Assembly: GCA_051294905.1 (NCBI GenBank) | Contig: CM119380.1 | Location: forward strand, 9,982,001 to 10,046,000 | Length of the DNA: 64,000 nt | Reading direction: 5' to 3' | Source: Botryllus schlosseri | Taxonomy: Eukaryota | Part shown: positions 1 to 13,132 of the stretch, in pieces | Numbering within the stretch: position 1 is the first letter of the stretch | How the letters are laid out: every line of letters starts with the position of its first letter | Translations under genes and position numbers: made by a program | The notes under the pieces: generated by a model | Seen by the model: only the letters and a program-made list of their open reading frames with translations | Database searches by the model: none | Told to the model about the DNA's origin: nothing

Positions 1-35
1 TCGAGCATGAGCTCGTGTAGCGCCTTTGGACATCC
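1..35 (-). CDS. Eph: Eph receptor exon 16 (partial, truncated by window edge)
   Basis: Polypyrimidine tract and ttccag| then GCPKALHELML, the Eph 'DCP..LHQLMLDCW' motif, in the correct phase 0. Confidence 0.9.
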
Positions 36-671
36 CTGGAACGAGAAAAGGATAGCATTCGAACATCCGCAATTATCGAATCTCGTCGCCGGAGAATAAC
101 GTAGTATGCATGCATTTAAAAGAAACCTGATAGATCAAGAAATATCATATTCAGTCATGATATTGGAAACGCTGAGCGCGTTTTACCACGGGATAGAACG
201 CTAAAAGATGCCAGTGAATCGCACTTGATTAACCTGTAACGGCCGGCCTTTCGAATTTGAAATTGATTGTCAAACAATAAGCGCTTTATAGAAGATGTCG
301 GCACTCGGTAACGTGCGGCAAGTCGGTTGCCAGGAAAGCCCCGGTTTCTCGGGCGTCATCAAACAGTGACAGTGTGATCAAAGCGGACATTGTTAAATTT
401 CCGCGTTCATGGGATTTGTCTTGACTATGCGCAGATAGCAAAGTCGGAGCCACGTAAATCGTATCTCGTTATATAGCATTTTCGCAGTAACTGAGTTGAG
501 GAAATAGGTGATAGTAGATTCATCTGCTTTAGAGACTTTGTACTATAATTCAAACGCACTGTCTCGTTACTGATACGTATAATGATTTGAGGACCCAATT
601 CACATCTACCGCATGCCATCCGCCAAATTGAAAACAGTCAAAAACTTCCAGAAAAAATTGATAAGACTTAC

Positions 672-1076
672 AGTGGGCGCGGGTAACCTCATCCCGTTCC
701 CAATGCTCTGCATCACCTCGTGATTCGTCATATTCCAATACGGTTTCTCCCCATACGACATCACTTCCCACATCACAATGCCGAAGCTCCACACGTCGCT
801 GGCAGACGTAAACTCCCGAAACCGGATGCACTCCGGAGCCGTCCAGCGCAAAGCAATCTTCCCGCCTTGCGTCGTGTATGTAGCGTGCGGGTCGTTCTCT
901 AGCGTGCGCGATAGTCCGAAATCGGCGACTTTACACACGAAGTCCGAATCTACGAGGATGTTCCTGGCGGCCAAGTCGCGATGTACGAATTGCATGTCGG
1001 ACAGGTACTTCATGCCATTAGCGATGCCTTGCAACATGCGGACGAGCTGGTGGATCGATAGCTTGCCCTCGTTTGC
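672..1076 (-). CDS. Eph: Eph receptor exon 15 (kinase catalytic core)
   Basis: ttgcag| then [14 protein letters not shown], activation-loop [16 protein letters not shown] and [22 protein letters not shown]...LPAPT, then |gtaagt. Catalytic motifs are intact. Confidence 0.97.
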
Positions 1077-1967
1077 CTGCAACGTAATACGCATCGGATG
1101 AGGTTCGGCGAGCGTAATCACATCCATTCCAGCGATAAGGAGACGGCGCAATTAAAGTATTACAAAAAAATGCCGCGCGCTAATGAATCCGACATATGCC
1201 ACGCGAATCTAGACTCGACCTCGCTTTCGAGGTCTCATCAATCGATTCGTAATCTGCGATTAGCGATCGATGATACACATTTTCCACTTGTTTTGATATT
1301 GACAGAATGCGATGTAGATATTGTCTACATGCTTTGACTTGAGGTGCGATGGGTGCTTCATTTGAAATAAGTTGCGGTTGAATAGGTTACTGCTGTGCTC
1401 GCGACGCGAATAGAGTCACTGTGCGACTAGCGTGGTGCGAATATTGTTTACTTAGCACAAAAGCTTCATGGCAGATTTCACGACATTAACGAGTTGTAAC
1501 CGCACATTCCTCGTTAAGCGCAGGTACGGAAATTACTAGGGTGGCAAAGAGAGAAGTTATCATCATATTCATACTTATGAGTAAATAGCACGAGTACTTC
1601 TACTTTTTTAGTGTGGAAATGAACTGTTTTGGTTGTCCCAAAAACTATTAGTTGATTGACATCAATCTCTACACTTATGACATTACAGACAAATGGAACT
1701 TTGCGTTTTTGTGGCACATTTTGTATTCACGAGTCCCAGGAATGAAGTACTACAATTCAGAGCTTTTTAAGCCGATTTTGTACAACTTCCCGAAGCAACT
1801 AGGGCATGCCTAAGTCCACTACTGCAAACCATGCATTACATTACGTACTTTACGGCCGTTAAGTTGCGTCAGTGACTATACCAGCAGTCCAGCACCACAA
1901 CTTTCTACACCCCGCCTTTTTAAATAAACTCACGGCCGATATTAAAACAGTCGACGAGGTAACTTAC

Positions 1968-2029
1968 CTTTATGAAATGATACAAAGACCCGTTGTCCAT
2001 GAACTCCGATATGATCATTTCCGGTTTAT
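1968..2029 (-). CDS. Eph: Eph receptor exon 14 (kinase hinge)
   Basis: gtttag| HKPEMIISEFMDNGSLYHFIK |gtaagt, 62 nt. Confidence 0.95.
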
Positions 2030-3321
2030 CTAAACAAAAAAGTAGGAACATGAACATTGAACATTCATCCACTGAGTCGAGGAAAGACTCGTCTCGGAAA
2101 AGATACCCATTACGATTGTAAACACAATTGGAACTCCCACAAGTCATTGACTAACGAAGGACATTAATAGGATTAAAAAGCGCTAATAATCATGTGCTTG
2201 AGCTAGAGATTGACGTAATGGGATTTTTTGCATTCCAATCAGTATGCGAATTCACAGTACCGTCCTACCTATCGGTTTCTTACAGAGTACACGAAATGTC
2301 TAATCGGATTCATCATACGAAAACGTGACGTGTGCACCAAGTCCCGGAAAAATTGCTTGTTACAACGTCAAATTAGCCATACAAAAAGCCGAGTTATGTT
2401 CCTGCTGGATGGCCGCACTTAACATGATTTCAGGTTTTTAGAAGTGCTCGAATCGCTGGCACCGAGTCTTCTAATGTTGCCTCATTAATTATTAAGCTGA
2501 TGCATGAGATTCGTAGTCACGCTCATAACAAGCAAAACGAATATGCAGATCAATGAGTATCACTGAGTGATATATATCCAACGCCAAGGCGGCATGGGAA
2601 TAATCGAAGTCAATCAACTTACATTTATCATACTCGAGTTAAATCTCAACATTGAACGATGATTACTTTCAATCACTGGCTGGCGTGGGGCATGAAGCGT
2701 GCCATGACTAATTAAACCATCAATATCAGGCTCAAACTTGGATCACAGCTTCGGCGACGCATGTTTTTACCGGAGTAAATATTATGAACGCTGCAAGTAT
2801 CTTCGAGAATTTAGACTTTTAGCAAAGATCCGATTTGTCGCGCCTGTCTTCCGAACTCAGTCTTAACTTCATCGCGTGTCGCGTCGAAAAACACTAGTTT
2901 GAGCCTTATATCCGTCGCAGACATAACAACTCAAAATCGACCTTGGAAATTCAATTCCACGCTACCGAACCGATTATACGGGTATATATCGAGCAATACG
3001 ATAGCTAACTATACTCCCGCATATAGAAAGACGTTCAAAGGCTACACCACGCAAGATACTACTTCTACACTATTTCGATATCTATCTCTCATTAATGACC
3101 AACTTTATGAAATCATTTTTCTTGTTCCTCAAAAGCAGCATGGCTAATATCGATGCAACATCAACTTTCCTTTAGGCGAAATAAATACACAGAACTCTTT
3201 TCAGCCTCGACACAGAATGCCAATTTTACGTGTTTGATTTTTAATTAGGAGACAAATATATAACCGGAAGTGGTCACTAACAAAGTACTTTTACTGTTAC
3301 GGAGTACTCAAGTACACTTAC

Positions 3322-3843
3322 GTTTGATGACAACCCCTTTCAATTGCAATATGTTCCGATGATCGAACTGGGCCATGGTGCATGCCTCCCGTAAGAAATT
3401 CGACTGGTCCTTGGCGCCCGCGTTGTCTTTGAGCTGCTTAGCGGCCACCACCTTCCTTTCGTTCCCGTCCATCATGGTGGCCTTGTGCACCACCGCGAAC
3501 TCGCCCTCGCCGATCGTGTTGTGCAGCTTCAGATTGAGGGGCGACACTTCCTTGTTCATGCTCAGCACGGCGCGTCTCGGATCGGGATAGTCCACGTACG
3601 TGGTGCGGTTGGAGTCTGTGTGACTGGAATGATGGCGATGATGGCGTAGGACCACGCCTGGTTTGGAGCGGTCTAGTAAGTTTTGATTGTAGCCGGCGGG
3701 AGATTTGGCGGCTTTCTCCTTCTCGCTGTCTGTTTTTCTTTTCTTGTACAGGTAGAGCGCGCACACCAGCGCCAGCACGACTACGGCCAGTATGGCACCG
3801 ATAATAACTCCCAAGCTACTGCCGGATGAGATTTCTTCTTGAT
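3322..3843 (-). CDS. Eph: Eph receptor exon 13 (TM, juxtamembrane, kinase N-lobe)
   Basis: ttttag| then TM GVIIGAILAVVVLALVCALYLY with KKRK stop-transfer, TYVDYPDP, Gly-loop IGEGEFA, VAAK and FLREACTMAQFDHRNILQLKGVV, then |gtaagt. Confidence 0.96.
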
Positions 3844-4140
3844 CTAAAATGGAATTTTTTATCATAGAAAGCAGTAGCACCATGGTAATCTCAAAGATTT
3901 CACTACACAGGACGGAAGGCTCGAGAGTAGATGAGCGTTTCACACAGATACTAAGTAAGAGTGCGATCCGTTTTACACGGGTCGAGTGACAAGCTTTTTA
4001 ACACTGCGTCAGTAGCACGAGATACATGTAAATTTTGCATATCAGAAAAAAAGTGATCTAATTCAGTTGTTCTGACGATTTGAAATGGGAAAATATCGAT
4101 GACATAATTGCACAATCAATTCTTATTGAAAAAAAAAACG

Positions 4141-4226
4141 AAGATCTTCGGCTGACACTCGTCGAGGGTAATCGTCAGCAACTAACAGAGAATTCAAAAC
4201 AATGTTGTATATCAACAGTCGTATCA
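4141..4226 (-). repeat. HHR-bearing repeat copy (degenerate core), Eph intron 12
   Basis: Shares gttgctgacgattaccc..gacgagtgtcagccgaa with the family. The core reads UCGACGA...GAAG and the helix I 3' strand is lost. Confidence 0.7.
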
Positions 4227-4282
4227 TAGTTGGTACAGTGCATACAACGAGAAGACATATTCTCAGACTTTTCGACCCTTAC

Positions 4283-4418
4283 CAGCAGGAGCTTTGGGCG
4301 TTTTGAACGATGCTTGAGCGCTGTATTCCCCGGGTCCAGCAGAGTTCCTTGCGCGTATCCGCACGAGATAGTCCGTGTTCGGTTCCAAATTTTCCAGGGA
4401 ACAAGCCGTTTTTACAGT
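4283..4418 (-). CDS. Eph: Eph receptor exon 12 (FN3-2 end)
   Basis: ttgcag| TVKTACSLENLEPNTDYLVRIRARNSAGPGEYSAQASFKTPKAPA |gtaagg. Confidence 0.94.
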
Positions 4419-4525
4419 CTGCAATAAGAAGGCGTACCATACAAGCTACTGATACACAAGCGAGGCTATAGCTGTGGTAACTCGCTCCACGATATTAAGA
4501 GACATATACTTTCAGAATACTAGTA

Positions 4526-4721
4526 AAACTCTTGGAGGTACAGATCCCCAGTAAACAATTGAACCATATATTCATATTGAAACAGACCCGAATATTTTCG
4601 ACCGAGACTAGTCGGGGTGAATTTTAAAAAACACCTCTGTTGATGCACATAGTTCTTTTTAAATCTCTATGTTCGTTGCTGACGATTACCCCTGACGAGT
4701 GTCAGCCGAAACTGTTCAGGT
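4526..4721. repeat. Divergent pair of HHR-bearing repeats, Eph intron 11
   Basis: 4526-4620 (-) has a degenerate core (CGACUA...GAAAAUAUUCGGGU). 4635-4721 (+) retains CUGACGA and GAAA, with an altered loop 3 and a helix I mismatch. Confidence 0.7.
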
Positions 4722-5019
4722 TTAGTGCAATAAGAATATACCGTTGTAAGTGAGTTCATAACACAGCTCCAGATAATGGGTGCATTACTGCATTCGGTCG
4801 AATAATAATACTATTCTGCCAGCTATGGATTCGAACATCATGACGTCAAACTGAAACATGACAGTGACGTCGCATATAGCTAGTAAAATGTCTACATTCC
4901 CGATATTTTCACTAGATGTTGAAGGTGAAGTTATGCTATCATCACTGCCCTAATTGAATTAATGACATTCAATACACTAGGTTACTTGATTATCGTTACA
5001 GTAAAATTAAAAATCTCAC

Positions 5020-5210
5020 CTTTACAACAACCGGATCTAAAGTGTTGTCCTTCGGCTGTTTCGGGGGATATTGAAAAGTGGACCTTTGCGGCACGACTTC
5101 GACGTCATATCCCAGAATCTTTCCGCGGGGATTGGCCGGCGAACGCCAGTTGATGACGACCGAATTCACCGACGTGTTTTTAACGTAGATGTTGGTCACA
5201 GCGGGCGGAG
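5020..5210 (-). CDS. Eph: Eph receptor exon 11 (FN3-2)
   Basis: attcag| APPAVTNIYVKNTSVNSVVINWRSPANPRGKILGYDVEV...VVK |gtgaga. Confidence 0.92.
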
Positions 5211-6361
5211 CTGAATGGAAAAAAGTTGTTTACGAAACTATAAATCACATGGGAGAAGTTCTCGTGTATATTCAAAATGAATCGAGCATCGTGTGGGTCT
5301 AACATTTTACTTATCGGCCAGTATCCGCTTATATAAACAACCAGTTGAATTGGTGATTTCAACCAACTCGACACGGTCCATCGCTAAAAAATAAGGCTTT
5401 AGTTACACGAGTAGTACCTTGTCATTAGAACACCGAGTCGCGAACAAAAGCCCTATGGGAAACTTTCTGAATGAAAGGTATCCTGGCATATATTTCGAGA
5501 AGCACCGTTTATGCGCTGTGATTGGAAAGCGGTGTCTCATAACAAGCCGCCGTAATAGAAAGGGGCACTGCGATATGATTCACCAAGTCGTAAGTGCGCG
5601 ATTTCGCGTCTGAGAGAAAATCTGAGCAACCCACAAAATCGATGCAGCGATACTTACGTTCGAGATATTGCCCATCATGTCATGCGAAACCGGGCATTGT
5701 TTCAACACAATACTATTGATATTATCGATATGAGCTTGTTTGAGAATATACGGTAGCCACGTGCCAACGTTCACATGTACGACACGACATTCCAACGTGC
5801 TGAGTATCGCAATATCGCGAATCGAAGAATTTTCACCATTTTCGCGTCCTAGCAACAGCTGGGCACACACAATAAAACTTCGACGTCTGATTGGTTATGC
5901 CCGTTCATTCACGTACCCTAACGGTTTTCATTCCGTGGTTTTGGATTACGGTGTGAATCATTGGCAGCGACCATTATGGGGATCAAAGAGAGACGGCTAG
6001 CTGCGTTCCATGAATATTAAACGGGTATAATTTTAGCGCGAGGTACCTCGGAAACCTGCCGGCACTTTGATCTGCTAACCCCGACGCAACATCTCACATG
6101 AAATGCGATGGGAGATATGACATATCGCCCGCAGAATGGAGACAACTTCCCAAACAAAACGCCGTATAATATGATTGGAATCAGCCAAGTTCACGAACTT
6201 TATCGGGTCGTTTTCGCTTGCTATGCGCAGGAAATGACAGCGTCAAGCAGGATTACCGTGACCAAGGCGTATAAATTCGAAGCAATTCCGGGCCGTTCGC
6301 ATATCAATCTTAATAGGCTAATCGCAGATACAGTAAACGTCTACCGTAAGAAGTTAAGTAC

Positions 6362-6443
6362 CTGCTTCCTGCGTGATGACATCCACGGCGAGAAAACTAT
6401 TCGGCGATTCCAAGTAGTCCGAAACTCCGTTACGTGAAACAAT
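6362..6443 (-). CDS. Eph: Eph receptor exon 10 (FN3-1 end)
   Basis: tttcag| IVSRNGVSDYLESPNSFLAVDVITQEA |gtactt. Matches the Eph 'AVNGVS...V.ITT.QA' motif. Confidence 0.9.
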
Positions 6444-8548
6444 CTGAAACAAAAATGCATATCATAAAAAATCGGAATTGTCTTATATATTCATACTGAA
6501 ATAACATGAATATTTCCGACTGACACACCACACACTACTACAGAATTGAGAATAAAATTGTGTATCAACAGAGCCGCATCACCGAATGGAATCTGACTTT
6601 GACCGGGTCGCAAGTCTCCATGGCGCTCAATTTGCAGCATTGTGCACAATATATATAGGAATTATGTGATTGAAATCGTTCCACTCAAGAGTGAAATGAC
6701 ACCACTTTCATAGCATCTAATAAATATTCAACAGTCCAACAACGCGTTTGCGACGAAGTGTAGCAATTTTCGGCAATTTCGCTCAAGACACCATTCCAAT
6801 TTCACTTCAACCTCTCGCGACTAAGGTTTCAAGTGTTTGAGGTGCTTCCCGGCGCTCTTGTGATATCTCAGGCGATAATGAGGACCTGGTGGCCGAGAAC
6901 TCTCCACCGTCAGCTTTCAAAAGGACTCGAGGGTTTGAAATTACAAGCGTGCCAAGGAATGAGACGCAAGCACCCTCCAGTAGATATCAACAGGTCCGCT
7001 GATTGGATATTATTATTAGCACGCTTCCGCACATCAAAGCCGCCGAAATCAGCAAAACAAATCGCAACTTTGAAACGCATATAGCGATATTTCATTTTCT
7101 ACAAACGCCCGATAACAGATATTGTTACATTTCATATTTCACCCGGTATCTCTTTTCAATGCCGGAAATTAAGTATTCATACGTTGAAAAATAAATGCCT
7201 TCGTATTTCCTGTGCCGATGATATGCTAGCTTCTCAAACACGGCGTCGAATTTCACGCATATAATAGGTTAATCGCGGCTATCTCATCGAAACCTTGACA
7301 ATTCTGAATTTGGGATCAGATTACGCGTATCATCGACACGGCGGTATACAGTATTTCAAATCGGTGCAAAACACGCGAAATACACCCGTCAGACCCCGGC
7401 GAGGAGACTTCTAAACGCGATCTAGTTCATAAATAAACAGGGAGCTAATAAAAGAAGGTCATGTTACCGAAAGACATCAGTTGTCGCGACCGGAACAGCG
7501 CTTCTAAAATCAGGTAAATGCCAGCTAAAGGCATTACCGAAACAAACAATGCAATGGACACGCAAATAGTCGGATATCACTATCGAGACTAATGGTGGCA
7601 GGAGTAAACAACGAGGTCAGCGCGCGGGTTAAACTAGCAGAAAATAGACTGTACTGCCAAAGATTCCAAACGGCGCCCGGCCGAACTGTGACAGATTTGA
7701 CAGATGCCATCCCGTCGCGATAAAATTTCGCCAATATCAAATTCGGAACGAACCAGTCACGAAACGGCTCAACGGTAAATGACGTGTTCCTTTTGTGCGC
7801 TGTTCGGTGCCTTTTCATCGCACAACCCATATCCTGAGCTCTATTCATCGGGAATGGCTTGTGTTTGGAGGGCGCGTTATATTAGCAAATACCCGCGATG
7901 CGCAAATGGGCGCGTTGCTCCAACAAATGACAAGTTTCCGGGGTTGGAGCGGTTTGTAAAGTTTCAAATCAATTTTATCCTACGTGTGATATCCATTCGG
8001 CGGATATAATTACAGCACGCACGCGATATTCGTCGCCGGGATTCAACACGCAATTTACGACATCTGGAATATACACAATACAAGACGAATGCGCAGCGAT
8101 ATAATCTATCACGCAATCACTCAAAATCAACCTGTAATGCTCGCTTAATGCCGCTCACGGTATTCTTACAACCTTTGATAAACCGTGATAAACACGACCG
8201 AATTCCAAGGGCCACAAGTATCCGCGAAAATTGCGCACGAACTAATTCGCCCGTAATTCTCCCAAAGATGAATCCGCGATTTGGACCTGCGCACGGTCTT
8301 TAACAGGAAGCGATTAATGCCGCCGCGTCCGGTAGGAATAAACGTTGCGAGATCGCAATTAAACGATGTAATATGGGGCGGGATTTGCATGTCGCGCTTT
8401 AAGTGACGGATAAAAATAGATAAATACACGTCATACAGAACCGCGAGACTGTTACGGAATGTTACTGCATAACGGACGACAGTCACGCTGTGTCGAGTCT
8501 TGAAACAGCAAGAAGAAACTGTACAACCGACTTTACAAATTCACCCAC

Positions 8549-8729
8549 CTCGAATACGTAGCGGGTGTAAGGGTCCAGATCTCTAACTTCGATGTTGTTG
8601 TCATAGTACTTGTTGATGCTTTGTACCGAAGTGGCCGTGTCTGGATAATGCTTGGAGGATATGTACGACACGCGTTCGGGGCAATCGTAACAGCGCCGGC
8701 TTCGGACGGCGCATGTTTGGCACGAGAAT
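8549..8729 (-). CDS. Eph: Eph receptor exon 9 (FN3-1)
   Basis: atgcag| RFSCQTCAVRSRRCYDCPERVSY...IEVRDLDPYTRYVFE |gtgggt. The CxxC...CxxC pattern and the L.PYT.Y.FE strand are typical of Eph FN3-1. Confidence 0.92.
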
Positions 8730-8865
8730 CTGCATTGTGACGTTAAAATATGCGTTAGCGTACAGGAAGTAGAGCACGCCGATATCCAGATGAGTCTAGC
8801 AACATGCTGTTAAGAATATAGTGACGACACCGCGATTGTGACGCCACAATCACGACCGGCTAGGA

Positions 8866-9696
8866 CAGTGGTTCTCAACCTTTTTGTATTCGCGGACCCC
8901 CACGAAATTTTTGTTCAACTTTAGCTCAATTATTGTGCAATCGTCATTTGTCTTGTGCAAATGATAACTGTAGGCTAAGTGATAAACAGCAACAAAATGA
9001 CTTTTCTTGAAAATAAGATCATACTATTCATGTAGAAATTGGGTTGACTTCTATTATTTTAAAGCGAATTCTGCAACTGCATTACTTGAAATAGCCTACG
9101 TTGCCCTGCCTTGAAAATCCGCGCCTTTGATTTGATATGAACGAGTTCCGAAAATCCATTTCCACAAATATAGGTGGGGGCGAATGTAATAATAACGCGT
9201 AACGCTTCCGACGACACGTTTGGGTATGATCGCAATAAATATGGCACCAAAATTGACAAACAAATTTTTTAAAGAACATATAACTTCAAGCCTGGTCATT
9301 TCTATCTAGCAGCTTATCTTGAAGTTATCATGGAAAAAATACTCATGTATATTACAGGAGAAAATAGATTTTTGTAAACATTTCGAAGACACCGTGATTG
9401 ACCTTACTCATCCAACTTTTTCCCCGCAATCCCCAACAAAACAGCTCTAAACCGCAAAATGTTTGCATCAGTAGGTTATTGGCAATTTAGCAATTAAAAT
9501 GAGTCTGCACAGTAGGATATTTCATCTCAGACTGCCATTCTGTTGATGTGAGCTCTGGAGTTTTAGTAGTAGCCTAATGAAGCGAAACTGCCTCGTGATT
9601 TTCTTAATTAAAAAAATACACATTAGGTTATCCGCTATTTTGAGGCTTCGCGGACCCCCTGAAAAAGATTCGCGGACCCTCGGTTGAGAACCACTG
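8866..9696. mobile_element. Non-autonomous hAT (Charlie/Buster-type) MITE in Eph intron 8
   Basis: TIRs cagtggttctcaacc / ggttgagaaccactg, with a perfect 8-bp TSD ggctagga (central TA). Confidence 0.92.
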
Positions 9697-10245
9697 GGCT
9701 AGGACATGTCGTATTCATTTCACTGATTCTATCTATAGTTCTATACTATATCATGGTCACTGGCGTGCCAAAATCACTGGATTTGCCATTATAGTTCCAA
9801 AATTCTTACAGACTTGTGAATCAAACGATGGGCTACTACCGAGATACTCAATTCCGGCTTGTAAATTATATTACACCTGGTAATAGAAGAATCGTGTATT
9901 TGCCTTATCACGTTTCTTTGCGGGTTTGTGGTTCAAGTTACGTGCTACAATCAAGAATAATAACGCGATACTAGCTACACTATGTGATGAAAGCCATTAC
10001 CAGACAAAAAGCGGAAAGTACATCGTATTCGGGTGTCTGTGGCTATCACGTAAATCTAATTAGACAAAAAACGTGTCCAAGCTGCTGCGAGTTCGGAAAA
10101 TCGCAGATTTTGGAATCGGGTAACTTCTTTAAATCTCTCGACTATAATCTCCACCAATACAGTACAACACAAAACACGCGGCCCGCCCCGCTCGTGAACG
10201 TTCGGATCAACTGCGGGGTTAAAACAACAAATCGACACGGGGTAC

Positions 10246-10354
10246 CTGTAATACAAGTCCTCGCGGTTTCCCAAGTCTGTCGGTGTATTCCAAGCAATGT
10301 ACACACTGGTGGAGTTCACTCTCTTCGTGTTGAGAACCGGCGCTGACGGTATTC
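10246..10354 (-). CDS. Eph: Eph receptor exon 8 (FN3-1 start)
   Basis: ccttag| RIPSAPVLNTKRVNSTSVYIAWNTPTDLGNREDLYY |gtaccc, phase 1 to phase 2. Confidence 0.92.
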
Positions 10355-10894
10355 CTAAGGAAAACAAGGATGACGATAAAGGCCTTGCTTACAGGCAACC
10401 TGAAATAACCCGTCTGCCTGTTTGGCGAGAAATTTTCAAACGTTAACTTACGCAAGGTGGAGTGACAGCTTTCATGCACAACGGCCATTATTCAATTGAC
10501 CGTTCAAAAGTTGTTTTGCGGGCGGTGACTGGGGGTAGCGACTAAAACAACAATGCGCTACTAAGAGCAAGCTGGCATTTTTTTCGGCGCTGCGGCTCCG
10601 CGTGTGATTTTAACGCGTTAAAACCGGTGTGGGATAACTAGCAGTATAGACGGGCGCCGCGCGCATCGCTACAGTAAGCGGCATGACTCAAAACCGTCCG
10701 TGCAGGCCGTCGTATTGTAATTGGTTTGGCAAAAGAGTCATAGGTCTGTATTACACACAGACGCAGGCAAAGGGGATAAAGATTTGAACAATATGCACCA
10801 CTAAAAGTACAGACAGTGGTCACGGTCAGGTCAGGTAATGGGACCAATAATACATGGGAATCACCCAAAACGTCACACGACATTACAATGCCTA

Positions 10895-10945
10895 CTGGCA
10901 TACACAGCAGTCGTAATGACTGCTGGCATACACAGCAGTCGTAAT
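10895..10945 (+). repeat. Short tandem duplication (28-bp period)
   Basis: ctggcatacacagcagtcgtaat occurs at 10895-10917 and 10923-10945. Confidence 0.9.
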
Positions 10946-11679
10946 ACCAGTGCTATTATAAGTAATATTAACTGTGCCACCTATCATATGCAACTCCAAC
11001 TACATTTAGAACTAAACGGCATCAAACGCCCCATCTACAACTAAAAAATGCACCCGTTAATAGCTGACCGTTTCAAAAACATGGTCAGAACTACAGCGTT
11101 TAACGAAGGTGCTTGGGCAAAACGAATTGATCAAGTCACGTGATGAACATATTACGTCACCGGCGTATCGCCATATCGCGTTCTGCGTAACTCGACACAC
11201 CGTTCCCTAATCGGGATATCAAATCTCCCGGCGAAGGTGCGCCGCACTAGCTATTCGTAACTGGACGCCTGGTCCTGTTACGCGAGGAATTCGCAGGACA
11301 ATGCAAAGTGGCGATCACACCAACGCTGGTGCTAACAATGCGACATTTCCGAGCTAGAACTAAACAAAAACCAGCCAATCAATCCCAGAATAGCAGCCCT
11401 TCTCTTCCCACAGCGGACGGAACAATAGCGAACGCTAAATCCACAAAAGTCAAGAATTTAACCCTTGACTAGCGTATGAACGCAGGCGTTGCGATTTCAA
11501 ATGCCGATGAATGCTTAACAAATCTCCGGAATTCAAAATATGTGTCGCATCTCCGAGCCTATTCAGCGTCATCGCATATTTCAGGGCGTGCGGGGGTCTT
11601 TTACGAGGGACGCACACAATGGATATATTTCGCGATACATTCGCAAATCAATACATAACAACATATTACGGATACTTAC

Positions 11680-11886
11680 GGGTACAAGCGGTGCTAGCTC
11701 CTTCTTCGGGAGCTCTGGCATAACCCGGGTGACAAGGGCACGAAGATAGTCCGTCCGTTTGCACGTTGATCAAAGAAGCGGATATGGCCGGCGTCGACGT
11801 GTCTTCGGATAAAGGCCCGCTGTTCGCCGGGCACGGGGTGCATTTACCGTTGCTGACATCGGATTTGTAAAATCCAATCGGGCAAG
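11680..11886 (-). CDS. Eph: Eph receptor exon 7 (EGF/TNFR-like cysteine-rich repeat)
   Basis: atttag| CPIGFYKSDVSNGKCTPCPANS...CPCHPGYARAPEEGASTACT |gtaagt. Confidence 0.94.
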
Positions 11887-13132
11887 CTAAATAGGAACGC
11901 ACAGCATGGATATCGTTGTATATAAAAGGTCGCATTCCTGAACATACACAATGGGCATTGGATTGTGATGTTGTCATGTTTCATAATTCCACAAAACTCA
12001 ACGATTAGATTGACGTTGTCGTCATTGTCGTTCATTAACATACCAGAGGATCATATTTAGATCGGCGGTTAGCATTGGAAACGAATCCTTATTTATTCAG
12101 CTGTAGTATGCGTTTAATAGATTGAATGGCGAAAATTTATTCAATTTATTCAAAAACTCGATTTCAAATCCCAAGTCACCATTAATGAGGGATAGATTTT
12201 GTACATGCATGTTGCTATGAAAACCAGAAGTTCGAAAATGCGGATCTACAGTCCAGGTTACATAATCAGCAAGCTAACCTCACATTTAACGTATATCGGT
12301 CATCTACCTTATTTACCACTGGGATACCATGAAGTCCCCTTCATGTTACATATTACTACTGAGTCGAAGCAGTATAAACCACAATACTTTGGCGATATAA
12401 AGACACGTGCTAACTTTGAACTGAGGATGGATATGAAAAAACTGACGCATATTACATGATGCATATCGACATCGCGTGTCTACCTATAGGATAAACGCTG
12501 GAATAAATTAGAATTGGGAACATCAAGCCCACACTCGCGCATTGTCTGAGGGAATCTCACAGTCTCCCGCGGATGTCCGGGGTATCATTATATAGGCATC
12601 GGTTCGTGCGAACCGAATTAACTTTCGAGATAATCCACCAGCGTTCGCATTGCCTTTGAAAGTCGCAGCTCGCACGTAAGGATTATATCACCTTTCCGCG
12701 GTCAGAATTAACAACATCGCATACCGCAGTCGGCTCATAATCTCCGTCAAATTCGGGAATCGTACGCGCAAAAGACCAAGTGCAAACACACTTTACAAAA
12801 TGATGAATTTAACCGTCCCCGCCCGACGCCCGTAAGCCCGCGAACCCAATAACGCAGGTGCGCGCTCCGACGCGGTAGATCAAAATTGCGAGGGAATTAT
12901 CCGCCTATGTATGTTGGATATGCCCCCGGCTCGACGCTGACCCTTGGCCTTCTGAGAACGCTTGTATTCGACAGGTTGAATTAAAATCGCATCAGTCAAC
13001 GGCCGTGTACGGATGCGTGCGCAACTGACAATATTTGCAGAGGCTTCTGCGAAACACACGCTAATTCATAAACCGTATCAAATTCGAGGCGCGGAGAGTA
13101 CTTATTTCGACGAGGAATTAAAAGACACTCAC

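Noticed and set aside
550-1337. ORFs 550..831, 720..902, 778..1101, 1098..1337
   Set aside because: These are shadows of kinase exon 15 or intron read-through, with no domain motifs.
3375-3764. ORFs 3375..3590(+) and 3438..3764(-)
   Set aside because: These are antisense and alternative-frame shadows of GC-rich Eph exon 13.
10056-10245. In-frame continuation of exon 8 to a stop (possible secreted Eph isoform)
   Set aside because: The peptide has no FN3 character, a good donor at 10245 joins exon 9 in phase, and there is no sequence-only evidence for intron retention.
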